Source of the DNA: Eledone cirrhosa
Lineage: Eukaryota
Assembly: GCA_964016885.1 (NCBI GenBank)
Contig: CAXHJY010000551.1
Location: 62,001-126,000 of the forward strand
Direction: 5' to 3'
Length of the DNA: 64,000 nucleotides
Shown here: piece after piece, positions 1-13,066 of the stretch
Numbering within the stretch: position 1 is the stretch's first letter
How the letters are laid out: the number at the start of each line of letters is the position of its first letter
Translations under genes and position numbers: made by a program
Notes under the pieces: model-generated
What the model was told of the DNA's origin: nothing
Databases searched by the model: none
Seen by the model: only the letters and a program-made list of their open reading frames with translations

Positions 1-195
1 AAGCAAAGAATCGCTGCTTTCACCCTTAACGGGATCTTCTGAAACTAACAAAGTCAATCTGTAAACGCAGAACTGGATATTTCAAAAAACGTTGCAACCG
101 GAGGAAGACAGGAAGACGATACTTTGGTTCGTGGAAACGTTCGCTGGCTAAGAACGGGGAAAAACGAATAATACGTCATAATAGGAGCGGTGAAT
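1..195 (-). mobile_element. Family A hammerhead-bearing element, partial (cut by the window edge)
   Basis: Near-identical to 19137-19333; ends in (TA)n. Confidence 0.85.
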
Positions 196-297
196 ATATA
201 TATATATGCCGGCATATATCGAAGGTTGCGTTTTGTTTTGTTTTGGCCACCGCCGAAATACGATCTCGCTGAAATTATATTTGTCTCTATATATATA

Positions 298-658
298 TAA
301 ATGAAGTAATTCCATCGGAAAAGTCCAGGAAAAAAGAGTGTTCTATGTAGGTAACAGAGCTTAATAGTTATGTAATAAACAACATAAGGCAATTATTCTA
401 TTTACCAGTGGTTTCTTAAAAGCAAACAAATTTTGCTTTCAATCATCAGAATGAAAAAATCCTGGTGTTTTTATTGACGTTGGATTTTAAAAACAAAAAT
501 GCAATCTAAGAGATAGATTGCATTTTTGTTTTTAAAATCCAACGTCAATAAAAACACCAGGATTTTTTCATTCTGATGATTGAAAGCAAAATTTGTTTGC
601 TTTTAAGAAACCACTGGTAAATGGAATAATTGCATTATGTTGTTTATTACATAACTAT
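298..658. mobile_element. Family B fold-back element in (TA)n
   Basis: Inverted arms 364-508 / 514-658 with a 5-nt spacer (agaga), plus an unpaired ~65 nt tail (298-363). Related copy at 29355-29520. Confidence 0.9.
567..625 (+). ncRNA. Type I hammerhead ribozyme motif (family B); mirror copy on - strand at 397-455
   Basis: ttcatt-CTGATGA-[11-bp stem II ttgaaagcaaa/tttgcttttaa]-GAAA-cc act gg-TA-aatgga: full core, GUA cleavage triplet, stem I catt/aatg. Confidence 0.8.
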
Positions 659-821
659 ATATATAGGGGGGGGGGTATCTGCGCGTGTGTATCTGTGTGT
701 GTGATAAACGTCTACATTTTCCGTCTATTTCCATTTAAAAGGTATTGGTCAATGCAAGGTTATAGTAGAGCCCATTTGTCCAAGGTGCTGCGCAGTGGGT
801 CTGAACCCAGAACCTCATGTA

Positions 822-862
<41 letters not shown>

Positions 863-1052
863 ATTGTATGTGTGTTTGTGTATGAGTGTTGGTAAGAGGA
901 TGTATGTGTCTATGTGATTATAGAACTAGCTGAAAGAAATAGACGGTGGGTGGAGGAGGGACAGTGACAGACAGGTTATGTGATGTTAGGTACTAAAAGA
1001 CATTATAGAAATAGAAACATTAAGACAATATATAAAACAAAAGTAAAGATTA

Positions 1053-1131
1053 TAGCAGCAGCAGCAGCAACAGTAGCAGTAGTAGTAGTAGTAGTAGTAG
1101 TAGTAGCAGCAGCAGCAGCAGCAACAGTAGC

Positions 1132-1175
<44 letters not shown>

Positions 1176-1197
1176 CAGCAGCAGCAGCAACAGTAGC

Positions 1198-1232
<35 letters not shown>

Positions 1233-1263
1233 CATTAGTACTAGTAGCAGCAGTAGCAGCAGC

Positions 1264-1325
<62 letters not shown>

Positions 1326-1440
1326 CAGTAGTAGTAGTAGCATTAGTAGTAGTAGTAGTAGTAGCAGAAGTAGTAGTAGTAGTAGTAGTAGTAGGAGCAA
1401 CAGAAGCACCAGCAGCAGCAGTAGTAGTAGCGCTGGTAGT
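1053..1440. repeat. (GTA)n/(GCA)n trinucleotide microsatellite
   Basis: Direct reading. Similar arrays at 1955-2160, 22093-22680, 25008-25150 and 48198-48310. Confidence 0.97.
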
Positions 1441-1518
1441 GGTGGTGCGTGGAAGGTATTCATAGAGAGTGGTTTTCTGGAAGAGGTAAAGCGGGATGAT
1501 AGAGGCCCGAAAGAGAGA

Positions 1519-1553
<35 letters not shown>

Positions 1554-1559
1554 AGGGTG

Positions 1560-1626
<67 letters not shown>

Positions 1627-2002
1627 GCGAGAGAGAGTATAAGTCGACGAAATGTTAAACGATAAAAGAGAGAGTTAGAAAGAAAGGAAGATATATATAT
1701 ATAACTATATAACTATATATATATAGAGAGAGAGGGGAAGAAATAGAAAGAGAGAGAGAAAAAGAGAGAAAGAGAGAGAGAGAGCGAGAGCGAGAGAGAG
1801 GGGGACAAAGTGAGAGAGAGTGAGAGAGAGGGAGAGCGAGAGAGAGCGAGAGAGAGCGAGAGAGAGAGAGAGAGATGGAGAGTGAATTTACGTAGAGGAG
1901 TTTAAAGAAAGTTTAAGATAGGTTAGGAGTATATTGTGAAGGGAATAGGTGATGTAGCAGCAGGAGTAGCAGCAGCAGCAGTGCGCGACAGCAGTGGTTG
2001 TT

Positions 2003-2042
<40 letters not shown>

Positions 2043-2852
2043 CAGTAGTAGTAGTAGTAGTAGTTGTTGTAGTAGTAGTAATAGTAGTAGCAGTAGTAGC
2101 AGTAGTAGCAGTAGTAGTAGCAGCAGCAGTAGTAGTAGTAGTAGAAGTAGTAGTAGTAAAGGTGGTTGTGGTTGGGGTGTTGGTGACGGTTGTGGTGGTG
2201 TGTGACAGGTAAAGTAGGTCGGTCGGCGTACCAGTGGGTTGGTGGGTTGGTGGGTCGGTGAGGACTTCTATATATTCAGAAAATGTAATTCAACGTGTGG
2301 GAATGAGAGGTTTTCTTTGATAAACAAAGATGATACTTTGATTGAGGTCTGTATACACACACATACATACGTACAATATTTATATATATTGAGAGTATAA
2401 AAAGTACACACACACATACACACATATATATATATATATTTATATTAGAGAGAGAGAGAGAGAGCGAGGGGGGGGGGACAGACTATCAGACAAACAGTCA
2501 AGCAGGCAGGCAGAGAATTAGATGGATACCCTGACAGCTAGACAGGACAGACTGGCAGTCGAAAAGGCAGGCAGGTGAGCGGGAGTGTACGATAGACCAA
2601 CAAGCAAACTGCCAAGCAGGTTGATAAAGCAACAGACTAAGAGACACATAGTTAAGCACGGTCCAACATAATTTCTTTTTACTGCTTAGTTAGGCAGGGA
2701 ATGACTGCCCTAGAGATTCCTGGGAATGAAGAAGTAACGTGACTATGACTTTTTATTATAAAATAATTGAAATGAAAAACAAACATATTGGACATGTAAA
2801 ATCTCACAATCTCTACAAAAGACCGTTGACATTATATAAAAATATTTGAGCA

Positions 2853-3035
2853 GTAATTAATTGTTTCTAATTTAGGCACAAGGCCAGCAATTACTCAGTA
2901 CATTACCGGTACTTTATTTTATCGACCCCCGTAAGGATGAAAGGCAAAGTTTACCTCGGCGGGATTTGAACTCAGACTGTAAAGGGACGTAACTATGCTA
3001 GAAAATATGGCGTCCAACCCTCTACCGATACTGCC
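2853..3035 (-). mobile_element. SINE, main family
   Basis: Homologous to 3360-3579. Confidence 0.85.
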
Positions 3036-3330
3036 AAAAACAAAACACACTTTCAAATGGAACAAAAGAGGAAATGAAAAGAAAAAAGATAAAAAGGACC
3101 AAATAAGGAAAGAAGAGAGAGGGAGAAGGCCAGGCACTAAACCTCTATCCGGGATGTGCCTCGCGGACAAGACAGCAAAGGCGTTACTGCGAAGAATGGC
3201 CAGGGACACCCGCTGCAACAGCCACCCTACCAAACGTGACGCCTCCAACAAGCGGATTATTCTCAAACTGGTGACTTAGCAGGAATGCATGTAACGGAGT
3301 AGTCTGTCTGTCAGGTACCTAATTCTCAGA
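3036..3330 (-). mobile_element. 3' fragment of a CRE-like (restriction-like endonuclease) non-LTR element
   Basis: Translation WLLQRVSLAILRSNAFAVL resembles the C-terminal QRxSxAxxRGNA motif of CRE-type elements. Confidence 0.55.
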
Positions 3331-3359
3331 CGGTAGTAATAAACATGGCTACCTATTAA

Positions 3360-3579
3360 TGTTTTTTTATATATAGGCACAAGGCTAGCAATTTTGGGGG
3401 AGGGGAAAGTCGATTAAATCGACCCCAGTGCGTGACTGGTTCTTTATTTTATCGACTCCGTAAGGATGAAAAGCAAAGGTAACCTCGGCAGGATTTGAAC
3501 TCAGAATGTAAAGGGCTGTAACTCTATGCCGCGAAGCATAGTGACCGACTCTCTACCGATACTACCAATCCACCGCCCT
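3360..3579 (-). mobile_element. tRNA-derived SINE (main family in this window), near full length
   Basis: Minus strand ggcggtggattggtagtatcggtagag...gagttcaaatcc (A/B-box-like)...cctttcatcc...gtcgataaaataaag...ccttgtgcct. Confidence 0.85.
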
Positions 3580-4169
3580 AGGGGCTACCTATTAATACTA
3601 ACAACTATTGGACCACAGTGATATTGTAACCATTTATTTGATTAAAATGTGGTGGGGTAAATAAATATATACATATACATCAGGTCCGAACACAAAGGAA
3701 CCAAACTCCAACTGACACTACCTCCTTCAGCACCGCTCTCCCCACATCTCACTATTATAAGCAAATGGGGGCTCACGTGCTGGCCGCCCCGCGGCCCCGG
3801 CGGACAGAATAGAACGGAAATTGAGCCAAAGCCAAAACAAATACAGCTAAGCATATATTTTGAATATGAAATGAGCTTAAAAGGAATTCCAAATCACTTT
3901 AATTTAAACGGGTAATAAAAAATATTATTAGGGTTAATGATAATTATTGTCAAGAAAGAAAACTCCAATATTGAAATGAATAAACTGTATATTGCTTTCG
4001 TTATCTCGCCGGAAAAGATAGTGAGAAGCAAACCAATGTATTGATGTCTGAAAACTACTACTACTATTACTACTCCTACTACTACTACTACCACTTCTTC
4101 TTTTCTTGTATTCGCGATCGTATCCTTTCGGTCCTTATTCATTACCATAGGTAAGGGTTGGTACGGATA

Positions 4170-5005
4170 CAGAAATGAAGATGACGAGTTTGGCTTTTAC
4201 ACCTACACCCTTTTTTCGGATAACCGAATGTTGAAGCTGGCGCTTTACTGCACCAGCTCCTGCCATTCTTGCACTCAAACATATTAAGTGCATATGGGAG
4301 GTTACCTTCTGACAATTGAAGTAGTATCATGTCCACAAATTCCAGTCGACTGATCCTACACCGCCAGTCTCGTTATCATTTCCAACCCGGCTGCGCATAT
4401 CAATCCAGCCCATAAATACTAGGAACAGGGGAGGTGACAATACAAACCCTTGGCGTTGTCTGACACCCACATTGAATGGATTATACTAAGCCCCATTAAC
4501 CCGAACAAAAATACTAGGGCTTTCTCGTAAAGCGATATTGGGGCAACAAGAAGCTACCCATCAACTTCCATCATAAAAAAGAATACACCTCTTCTCAACA
4601 CTCCCACGATTTCTCAAAGACCTGCCGCAGTGTGAATATTTAGTCGGTTGTACTGGGTCCAGGGCAAAAACCACACTGTTGATCAGCTAGCTTGGACTCG
4701 ACAATCTCCCTACATCTCTTGCCAGATATTTAGCATAGACGTTACCGGGGAGGCTTAACAAGAAGATCTCTCTATAATTGGAACAATCTCTCTTGTCTCC
4801 TCTTTTGAAAATTTGGATTAACCCTCCCGATTGTCATTGCTTAGGTGCCTTTCCAGAGATCCAGGCTACCCGGCACACACGAGTCACCCACGGAATACCT
4901 TCTCTGTTTAAGGATTTTAACATCTAGGGCTGAATTTCATCTTCCCTAGCCACATTTGAGCTCTTTTGACCTCGGCCTCTTGTGACCTCGGCCTCCGAAA
5001 GATTA
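4170..5005 (-). mobile_element. Decayed RTE-clade LINE RT fragment
   Basis: Minus-strand translation near 4745-4850 gives ...IFKRGDKRDCSNYREIFLLSLPGN, like the RTE motif PIFKKGD..CSNYRGITLLSLPGK. Many stops. A short related piece lies at ~29160-29300. Confidence 0.75.
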
Positions 5006-5219
5006 GTTAAAACAAAAAAACTGAAGTACATAACGGTCATGTGTCGCCTGCTGAGCCACAAAAAATACACACATGCATATCAGGGTCGGTGGAAATAGGG
5101 AGATCAGTGGGGCCATGCCCCTCCCTCACAATAATTATACGTTCTCCCTAAACTACCAAAACATACATCTATTTTTATATGTGCTACAATTTATGTGCAT
5201 GTTATGTAGAGAGAGAAAG

Positions 5220-5604
5220 AACAGATAGATATAGATGTAGAGAGAGGGAGAGTTTGGTGTTAGTTGATATAGAGAGGGGGATTGAAAGAAAGTTCCGTAT
5301 AGCAGATATACAGAGGGGAAGCGTTTGGTAGTGATGGACAGAGTAAGATGGATGAGTGAGTGTGTTATATGGTAGATATAGAGAGGGGGTAGTGTGGTGA
5401 TAATTGATATAGTGAGGGGGTTTGGGAGAGAATGTTGTATATCAGATATAGAGAGGGGGAGAGTTTGGTGGTAATTGATATATGGGGGCGATTGGAAGAG
5501 ACTTCCGTATAGTAGATATAGGGAGGGGGTGAAATTGGGGTTAATTGATATATAGAGGGGTATTGATATATAGAGAGGGAGAGAATTTCGTGTTAATTGA
5601 TATA
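5220..5604. repeat. Degenerate purine-rich minisatellite, left part
   Basis: Recurrent gatatagagagggg..agagtttggtg..taattgatata units; the array continues at 11307-11860 beyond the LINE. Confidence 0.8.
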
Positions 5605-5848
5605 AATTTCTATTTATTTGCCACCAGGGCATCAAAGATTGGGACAAATACAAAGGGGGGAGTTTACATACATTTAAAAAGACGTGTAAAAAACATATAA
5701 CAAATTAAATTTAACAATCGATGTCCTCAATAGGGGGAGGGGGCGTTGACATGGGTCGCACACACCCCCGAAAAAATGTGCAAACCTCCTCTTCAGGAGC
5801 ACAAAGAGCGGGTGCTTCCTTCCTCTTCTCATTCTTCTCCTCTCTCAC

Positions 5849-8800
5849 CTACAGGCTGATATAGAGAGAAGGCCCATTCACTCGGGCCATTCTCGCTACT
5901 TTCACCCATCTTTCATAAAACTTGCTGGGGTAGAACACCTCTCTCTCCATTCTGATCCTTCTTCTAAAGTGGTACTTGAAAAAAAGACCAGTTGTTGGCC
6001 GGAGAGAAAGATATCTGACATCAGCCCTTTCAACCTTGTCCACCATACTTCTTTCGCCATAGCTATCACACAGAGGAAAACCGCCTTTCCTTGTTTTTGA
6101 GGGGGAGGCGGTTTGATCGTGACAATGTTCTCGGTGGTCAACCGGATTGGTCCCACCCGCGACAGTAGTTGTTCGACATAGCCCCACAGGTCAGCAACGC
6201 CCGGGCAGTGTACGAATGCGTGCACGCATCTCGGACAGATCTTCTTCGAGGGGTCCCTACCCGGGCGCTCGTGTCTGTAGAGCTTGTCCCGAACGGGTAG
6301 AGCTCCTCGGTAACATTGCCAAGCCAGGGACTTTTGGAAGTTGTCCATCGGTCCCGGGCCAAACGTCCTACCGAACAGACTGGCCAGATCATCTTCCTCC
6401 ATGCCCAGAGCCTCTCCGAGAGCGTCGTCGCACTTACTGCGCACCAACCCTCTATAGAATGTTGAGGTTGAGTCTCCACTGATTGCCAGATCCGCTTGCC
6501 AGAGGGCCGTGAGCGCCTGGGCACATTCAATGTGCCAGTCGCCCACTTTTCTCGGTCTTTGCTTGGCCCAGGATTGCAGCTCGGTGAGTGAGACGAGTCT
6601 CGGAAAGGCTCGCCTCACAAACAGGGCCCACACCGGCTGAACGGTGAGGAACACCTGGAGGTGCCGTAGCCTTAATGCGTGTCTACGCATCGTCAGCCAC
6701 GGCATCTCCAGCCCTCCGTTCGAAGGGTGTTGACAGCAGATGGATCTTCTCACCAAAGGAGCTCGCTTCTTCCAAAGAAATCGGAAGAGCGCGTGCTCCA
6801 TTTTGGCGAGTGTTTTCTCTGGGCAAGGCACGACGGTCAAGCGGTAGTAGATGACGGACGCTATATAAGCGTTCGCCACCTCCGCTCGACCTTTCAGGGA
6901 TAGTTTGCACTCGGCCCACTTCTGGGCGAGTGCAAACACCTTGCCCGTTACCTCGTCCCAGTTTTTCTCCACCTGGAGGTCCGGTCCGAACCAGACCCCG
7001 AGCAGCTTCACCGGTCCCTCCGTCCAGCATCCGACGCTGCCGTCGGAGGGCATCGTTTTGCCCATCCACGTCCCGAGTTGCAAACCGACGGACTTGTCCC
7101 GGTTCAGCTTGGCTCCTGTGAACCTTTCATATTCCTCCAGTAAGGTGCCGATCTGCCCGATTTCCGAGGCGCACGACACCATTACTGTCACGTCATCGGC
7201 GTAGGCCGACACCGCTTTCCGCAATCCCGGTTCCATGGGGATGCTCTGCAACAGCTCCAGCTTCCGCAGTAGTGGCTCGACAGCCAGCACATATAGGAGG
7301 GAGGAGAGAGGGCATCCCTGTCGGATGGATCGCGTGATTTGGAACTGCTCCGAGAGGTAGCCGTTCACCTTGATCCTCGAGCAGGTGTTGCTGCTGTGCA
7401 TTGCCGCAATCTAGCCCCTGAAAACGGGTCCGAAGCCTGCCGCCGCGAGCACCGCATCCAGGTACCGATGGTCAACCCTATCGAACGCCTTAGATTGATC
7501 CAAGTTGATCAGGGCCCCACCAAAGCCGGGTTCGTTCCCTACCCTCTCGACGATGTATCGCATGAGGTGGAGGTTGTCGTGTATGGACCTGGACGGGATT
7601 GCGCATGTCTGCGCTTCTCCCACCAGGTTCCCGACGAAAAGCGCCAACCTCTTCGCTAACACCTTGGCCAAAATCTTTAACTCTGTGTTTAGCAGAGTTA
7701 TGGGCCTGAAGTTATCTATGTCATCCCCCTTGTTCTCGTCCTTCCTCACCAGCGTGACTACACCCTTGGTCACAGAACTGGGAATTCTCCCGTTCTGTTG
7801 CCAGTTGCAGTAGACCGCTTCGAGGAGACCGGAGAACAAGCGCGGCATCGCTACATAAAGTTCGTATGGTAGACCATCGAGACCCGGAGATTTGCGTTTG
7901 CCGCATTGGCTCAGCGCTTCCCCTATTTCAGCAGCTGAAATCTGCCTCTCGCAGGCTTCGCCTCCCCGTCCGAGAGCCGCGCCAGATCGTCGAGGTATGG
8001 ACCGAAATCCATGGCCCCACCCGGCCCGCCGCCCCTCCCGAACAGTCGTGCAAAGCGCCGTTGAAAGGCCGTTCAAGGATCACGCGTCCATCCTGGTCCT
8101 TCAAAGACCGAATCGTGGACTTGTTTCCACTTTTTGCCTCTGTCACTCGGGCCCAGCTAACAGCTTTGGCTCCCTCGTTACCCAGAACACGTATTTTATT
8201 CCTGACAACGCAGCCCACGTGCTTCGCATCAAAGAACTGTCTAGGGCCGTTCTTGGCGCCAGCACGCCGGCCACGTTGCCACTCCTAATCACCTCTTCTA
8301 CTCTATTTATTAATTCCCTTTCAGTTCTATTCCTATCTGATGCTAATTCCCGACTAAAACCTATCGATTCCATTCTAATTTCTCTCTTGAGAGAGCCCCA
8401 CCACCTGCTGTTGACAATTGCCCCCGTCAAACGCTGCATAACTAGTGTGCTAATCCGCTTACTGTAAGCTTTGTTTGTCGGTAAAGACAAGTTTAGCTTC
8501 CAGTAACCGGGTCCCTGTCTATGAGTTCTATCAAGGTTGACCACTCCGGTCACCAACTTGTGATCCGAATAGTCAACCATGAACATTCGTGGACAGCTTA
8601 ATATGTCCCTATCCTTATTTCTAACTAGGAACCTATCTAGGTACGACCTAGATGTTCCGCTGCGATTAGTCCACGTCCACAGTGGCACAGTCGGAAAATC
8701 TAGTCGATATCTATCGGCCAGAACAAATCGGCCGATTAATCGTTTGAGGCTGTTACACCCCCCTCTATCGGGACATGCCCTGCATAGTCCCAACGTGCAT

Positions 8801-9202
8801 CCAGGATACCATTCCAGTCCCCCACTAAAAGCAAGAAGCGAGACGTTCCCAGGAAATCCTTCAGGCGTCAGAAGATGTCCGGTCGCGGTGTCCCAGATGG
8901 GGCATACGCTGCCACCAGCCTGAAGCTCCACCTTCACCACTGCCGACGTCTAAAACCACCAGTCGACCCAGGTATTTTCGCAGCAGAACGACAACCCCAT
9001 CCTCACCCCTCGGCTGACAGAGAGATGCGTAGATCTCAAAGTCGTCGAAGATGGTGGCCAGTTGGAGCTCGCTGCTGATCCTGGACTCGCAAATAACCAT
9101 TACATCCACTCTGTGCGATCTGAGGTCATTTAAGAGTTTGCCCTGTTTCCAGGACATCCCCAGGCCGCGTGCATTCACACATCCGACTCTTATATTGGCC
9201 AT
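5849..9202 (-). pseudogene. Frameshifted ORF2 (APE-RT-zf) of the L1/Tx1 LINE
   Basis: ORF pieces 8861-9202, 8143-8940, 7928-8218, 7411-8076, 5902-7401 and 5849-6187 each align by eye to consecutive parts of the intact ORF2, ending in the identical RWVKVARMARVNGPSLYISL. Confidence 0.95.
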
Positions 9203-9244
9203 GTTGGTGTTGAAGAGGTAAACAGGAAGAGGAAAGGAAATTAC

Positions 9245-10920
9245 TTACCTCTTCGTCTCCTGGGGACCAGGCTGCACAATTTCCATGGTGGTGTTGGAAG
9301 GGTTGTTTGGTGGGGTGGTGGTTTGTGGTGGGGTGAGGACATCAGTGTGTGGTGGGATTAGGGTGTTTGGTGGGGTGTGGGTGTCTGGTGTGGGGGTGGG
9401 GAAACATCTCAATAGGACGTGGTTAAGTGGTTTGGTGCAGTTGGTCCCCACATGCATTGGATGGTTCTTTTTCAAAGTTACATAAGTTTCCGTTGGGACC
9501 CTAATCATCATTAGGTGCGGTTTGTTCGCTGCGTAGGTGAAAGTGATCCCTTCGGTTTCCACCGAAGGGTTATTTTCTATCGCTTTCATTAAAGTTTTAT
9601 TGTTCTTGTTAATGTATGTATAGAGTTTTTGTTGTGTTGTGTTTGTTTTTGTTTGTTGTTCTTGTGCGTGTTTGCGTTTTGTAGTATGTGTTATGTTTTG
9701 GGGAGGGGTGGGTTTTTTGTTTATTCTGTTTGTTCTGTTTGTGCTGGTGGTTGTGTGTTTGAAGCATTTTTGTTAATGTGGTGCCTTTTTTTTTCCTTTT
9801 CACCTGTTGAAAGGATTCTCCCTCGTCGTCACTGGGTGACGTTGATACGGAGTCCTCTTCCGTGTTGTTGGGGAGGGGTATATTTTGTGGTTTTGTTGTG
9901 GTTGCTTTTGTATTTGTTTAGGTGAGGAGGGGTTGGGTGGAACAGTGTTTTGTGTTGTTATTTTTCCGTGTTGTGGTTGTTGTTGTTGTGGTAGTGGTGG
10001 TTGTGTTGTGTTCGGGGTTGGCAGAAGAGCCTTTTTTTTTTACTCATTAATTGAGGACAGGCAGCCTTCAGGTGACCCCTGCTTAAGCAGTGGTAACATG
10101 ACGGCCGCCTTCCCTCCACTGAAATGTTTATATAAGTTAGCCCGTCCAGAGGTTCGCGTTGTGGGATATTCGCTATTCGTTCTGGGCTCATTTGCACCAG
10201 AACTTCTACGCTGGTCCCACCAAATACACCTCCGGAGGACTTTCCTATTGAAATTATCTTGTCTTCATCAAAGTCAAAGATTCCACATAGTATCCACCAA
10301 ATATTTACATTTGGTGTGATACTCATTATTTTTATTCTTTGTGTCCTTTTTCCCCTGTATGTGGGGAAAAAGGTGAAGCGGGGGGACACAATGGGTGATA
10401 CCGAGTACTTTTGTGCTGTTGACTGGTTGTTCATTAGCACCGAAATGCTACCAAACAGTTTTCCTTTTTGTATGAAGGTTATGTCCTTCATTGCATCTTT
10501 TAGAACCACAATTTCATTTTGTGATAATTGAGCTGGTTGTCTTGTTTCGTTCGATATTGTCCTGAAAACCACAGTTTTCAGGATAGTCTCTCTACGTAAT
10601 TCCTGTGGAGAATTGATGCTAAAAGCACCATTCTCGCCAAAAGTCACGAATTGTTTTGCGTCTTGTAATAGTTGTTTAGCATTTGTTATGTCTATTGGCG
10701 TGTATAGTTCGTTTTTTTTTACAGTCTGTGCAAATGTTGTTTTGGTGTTGTCTTTTTTGTTGCTGCTGTTGTTGTCACTGTTGGTAATATTGTTCATGTT
10801 TTCCTTGGTGTTGCTATTGTTGCAGTTGTTGGTTGTGGTGTTGTTGTCATTGTTCTTGTTGTTGCTGCTGGTATTATTTACCGGGTTTGGTTTCGTGGTT
10901 TCAATATTTTCAACGTTTTT
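9245..10920 (-). pseudogene. ORF1 (gag-like nucleic-acid-binding protein) of the L1/Tx1 LINE, disrupted
   Basis: ORF 9958-10797 has a CX2CX4HX4C zinc knuckle (CYHCLSRGHLKAAC) and an Asn/Thr-rich N-terminus. ORF 9245-9589 supplies the C-terminus, ending just before the ORF2 ATG. The true start is uncertain because of a SINE insertion at ~10924-11000. Confidence 0.8.
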
Positions 10921-11306
10921 CGATAATTGTTTCTACGTTAGGCACAAGGCCCAGCAATTACTCAGTGTATTACTGGTACTTTATTTTATCGACCCCGTAA
11001 TGCGAGGGGGGAAGGCTGGAAGCTTTGTACTCCTACCTTCCCTCCACCACTTTTCTTAGTGGACGTGGCACTCACGACAGTGTGCGAGGTGGAAATGGCA
11101 TCCATTGCTGACTACCAAGTCTACACAGTTTTGAGATGAAAATGAAAATTTCGCCCCAGAAAGGGGCGAAAATTAGTTGACTCAACGTCTGAAGGCCCAG
11201 GCAAGGGGTTAAACTAAACAATGCTATTAAATTGAGCAATGAACTCACAGTTTTTTTGACAATAATCCGTAAAAGTCCGGAGCGAAGTAATTCACGACTA
11301 TATCAA

Positions 11307-11860
11307 GTGGTAATTGATATAGCGAGGGGGTTTAGGAGAGCGTGTTGTATATTAGATTAGTGAGGGGGAGAGATTGATGTGTACTGATATAGAGAGGGGG
11401 AGAGTTTGGTGCTAATTGATATTGAGAGGGTGTTTGGAAGAGAGTTCCGCGTAGTAGATATAGAGAGGGGCATAGTTTGGTATTAATTGATATAGAGAGG
11501 GAGATTGGAAGAGAGTTCCGTGTGTTAGATATAGTGATGGGGGGAGTTTGGTGATAATCGATATAGAGAGGGGGGGTTGGAAGAGAGTACCGTGCAGTAA
11601 ATATAGAGAGGGGGAGAATTTGGTGTAGATATAGAGAGGGTGAGAGTTTAGGGGTGATTGATATACAGAGGGGTATTGGGAGAGATAAGTGTAGATATTC
11701 ATAGAGATTGAGAGATTGTATTAGTCTTAGACATAGAGTGGAATAAGAGAGTCGGTGTCGTGGTAGATATAGAGAGGGCTAGAGTTTGGTTTTAGTAGAT
11801 AGAGAGAGGGATTAAAAGAGTTTTGTGTAATAGCCATAGAGAGGAGGAGAGTTTGGTTGC
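11307..11860. repeat. Degenerate purine-rich minisatellite, right part
   Basis: Same units as 5220-5604. Confidence 0.8.
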
Positions 11861-12475
11861 ACTTTCGTGTCCCGAATAATAGGACGGGTGGCAATAATGG
11901 GTGGGGGTGCTTGGTAAATCAGTACTTACATAGTGTACGTTCAAAATATGGGATTTCATGTAATATGCTTTTCTTGTATTTAATGGTTTTTTGATGTAAA
12001 ATAAAATCATCATTACATTCTCCAGCTGCTGTATCAATATGAATCACTTACAATAAAATTTCGCTGGAGATAGATTAACAAAATGTAATAAGCAGGTGGG
12101 GGAGGGGGGGGGGGAGAAATCTAACAAATTAATAAGTGGGGCGCGGGGAGGATTATTCAAGATCTGAGAGTACGTGCATTATTGACAGTGGTAAGAATGA
12201 AAACTCAATATCGAAGTAGAGTTTAAATATACATTTATTATGGCTAATCATTGTTACTCTGGAGTCTCACCTGCTACTGACCATACAAGACTTGTGATCC
12301 TGTGAGTGCGCAGGTGAAACTTTTGATCCACAAAGCTCACCAATAGACCCAATAAATGAATGTATATATATATATCTGTATATCTGTATACACACACCCT
12401 TATGTTAATATACTTTCGCTCATAGTTTCGTACTTACATACAAACACATTTCTTCTAGGCTTCGTATGGACGTAT

Positions 12476-12568
<93 letters not shown>

Positions 12569-12589
12569 TGCTTACGCACGTGCACGAGT

Positions 12590-12918
12590 ACAGATCTTTT
12601 TAAAAACGTATTTTTTTCCACTTCAGGTAGACGCGCTCCATCATCCACTTTTCTAAAAAATAAATCATACACAAAACGCCAGCACCAACAGTTTTGCAAG
12701 AGATGTCAACATGATTTGACCTGTTATTTTTATCTAAAGACATTTTTCCAATTCCATCCCGCCCGTCCCTTCAATCTATCTTATTTCTCATTCTTTCTTC
12801 TGATGAAGGACTAGCGTCCGAAACGTTAATACCCTCTTCCTGCTATATCAAGCGTTAACCTAATATATCCCTTCCAGATACTGTACCGATTGTGTTGTTA
12901 TTTCTGTTTACCTTTTAC
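12590..12918 (+). mobile_element. Family D PLE-tail-like element between (CA)n tracts
   Basis: The 3' ~110 nt recur at 18071-18180, again ending in ...taccttttacacaca. Confidence 0.7.
12798..12829 (+). ncRNA. Minimal hammerhead motif (family D)
   Basis: tt-CTGATGA-a-ggac tagc gtcc-GAAA-cg-TT-aa. The palindromic aacgtt stem III is compatible only with a dimeric fold. Confidence 0.65.
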
Positions 12919-12940
12919 ACACACACACACACACACACGT

Positions 12941-13024
<84 letters not shown>

Positions 13025-13066
13025 ACGAAACATAAGTCAATTGCATGAACTCATAATCCTTTATTT

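Larger units (their letters stand above)
5605..11306 (-). mobile_element. Full-length but decayed L1/Tx1-clade LINE (~5.7 kb), same family as 41957-45779
   Basis: 5' UTR, ORF1, frameshifted ORF2 and a 3' UTR homologous to the + strand copy. Candidate 15-bp TSD gtgttaattgatata (5590-5604) / gtggtaattgatata (11307-11321). It splits a minisatellite. Confidence 0.9.

Noticed and set aside
980-2212. Poly-Val/Leu/Ser ORFs (also 21994-22750, 24807-25205, 48041-48422)
   Set aside because: Translations of (GTA)n/(GCA)n/(CCA)n microsatellites with no coding signal.
6138-8923. Overlapping alternative-frame and antisense ORFs in the LINEs (also 42529-45608)
   Set aside because: Shadow ORFs of GC-rich ORF2 sequence with no independent motifs.
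5220-11860. Repeat-spacer-like arrays next to an RT (CRISPR, retron or DGR-like idea), also 58203-58525
   Set aside because: Degenerate eukaryotic minisatellites without unique spacers or cas genes; the RTs are non-LTR type.
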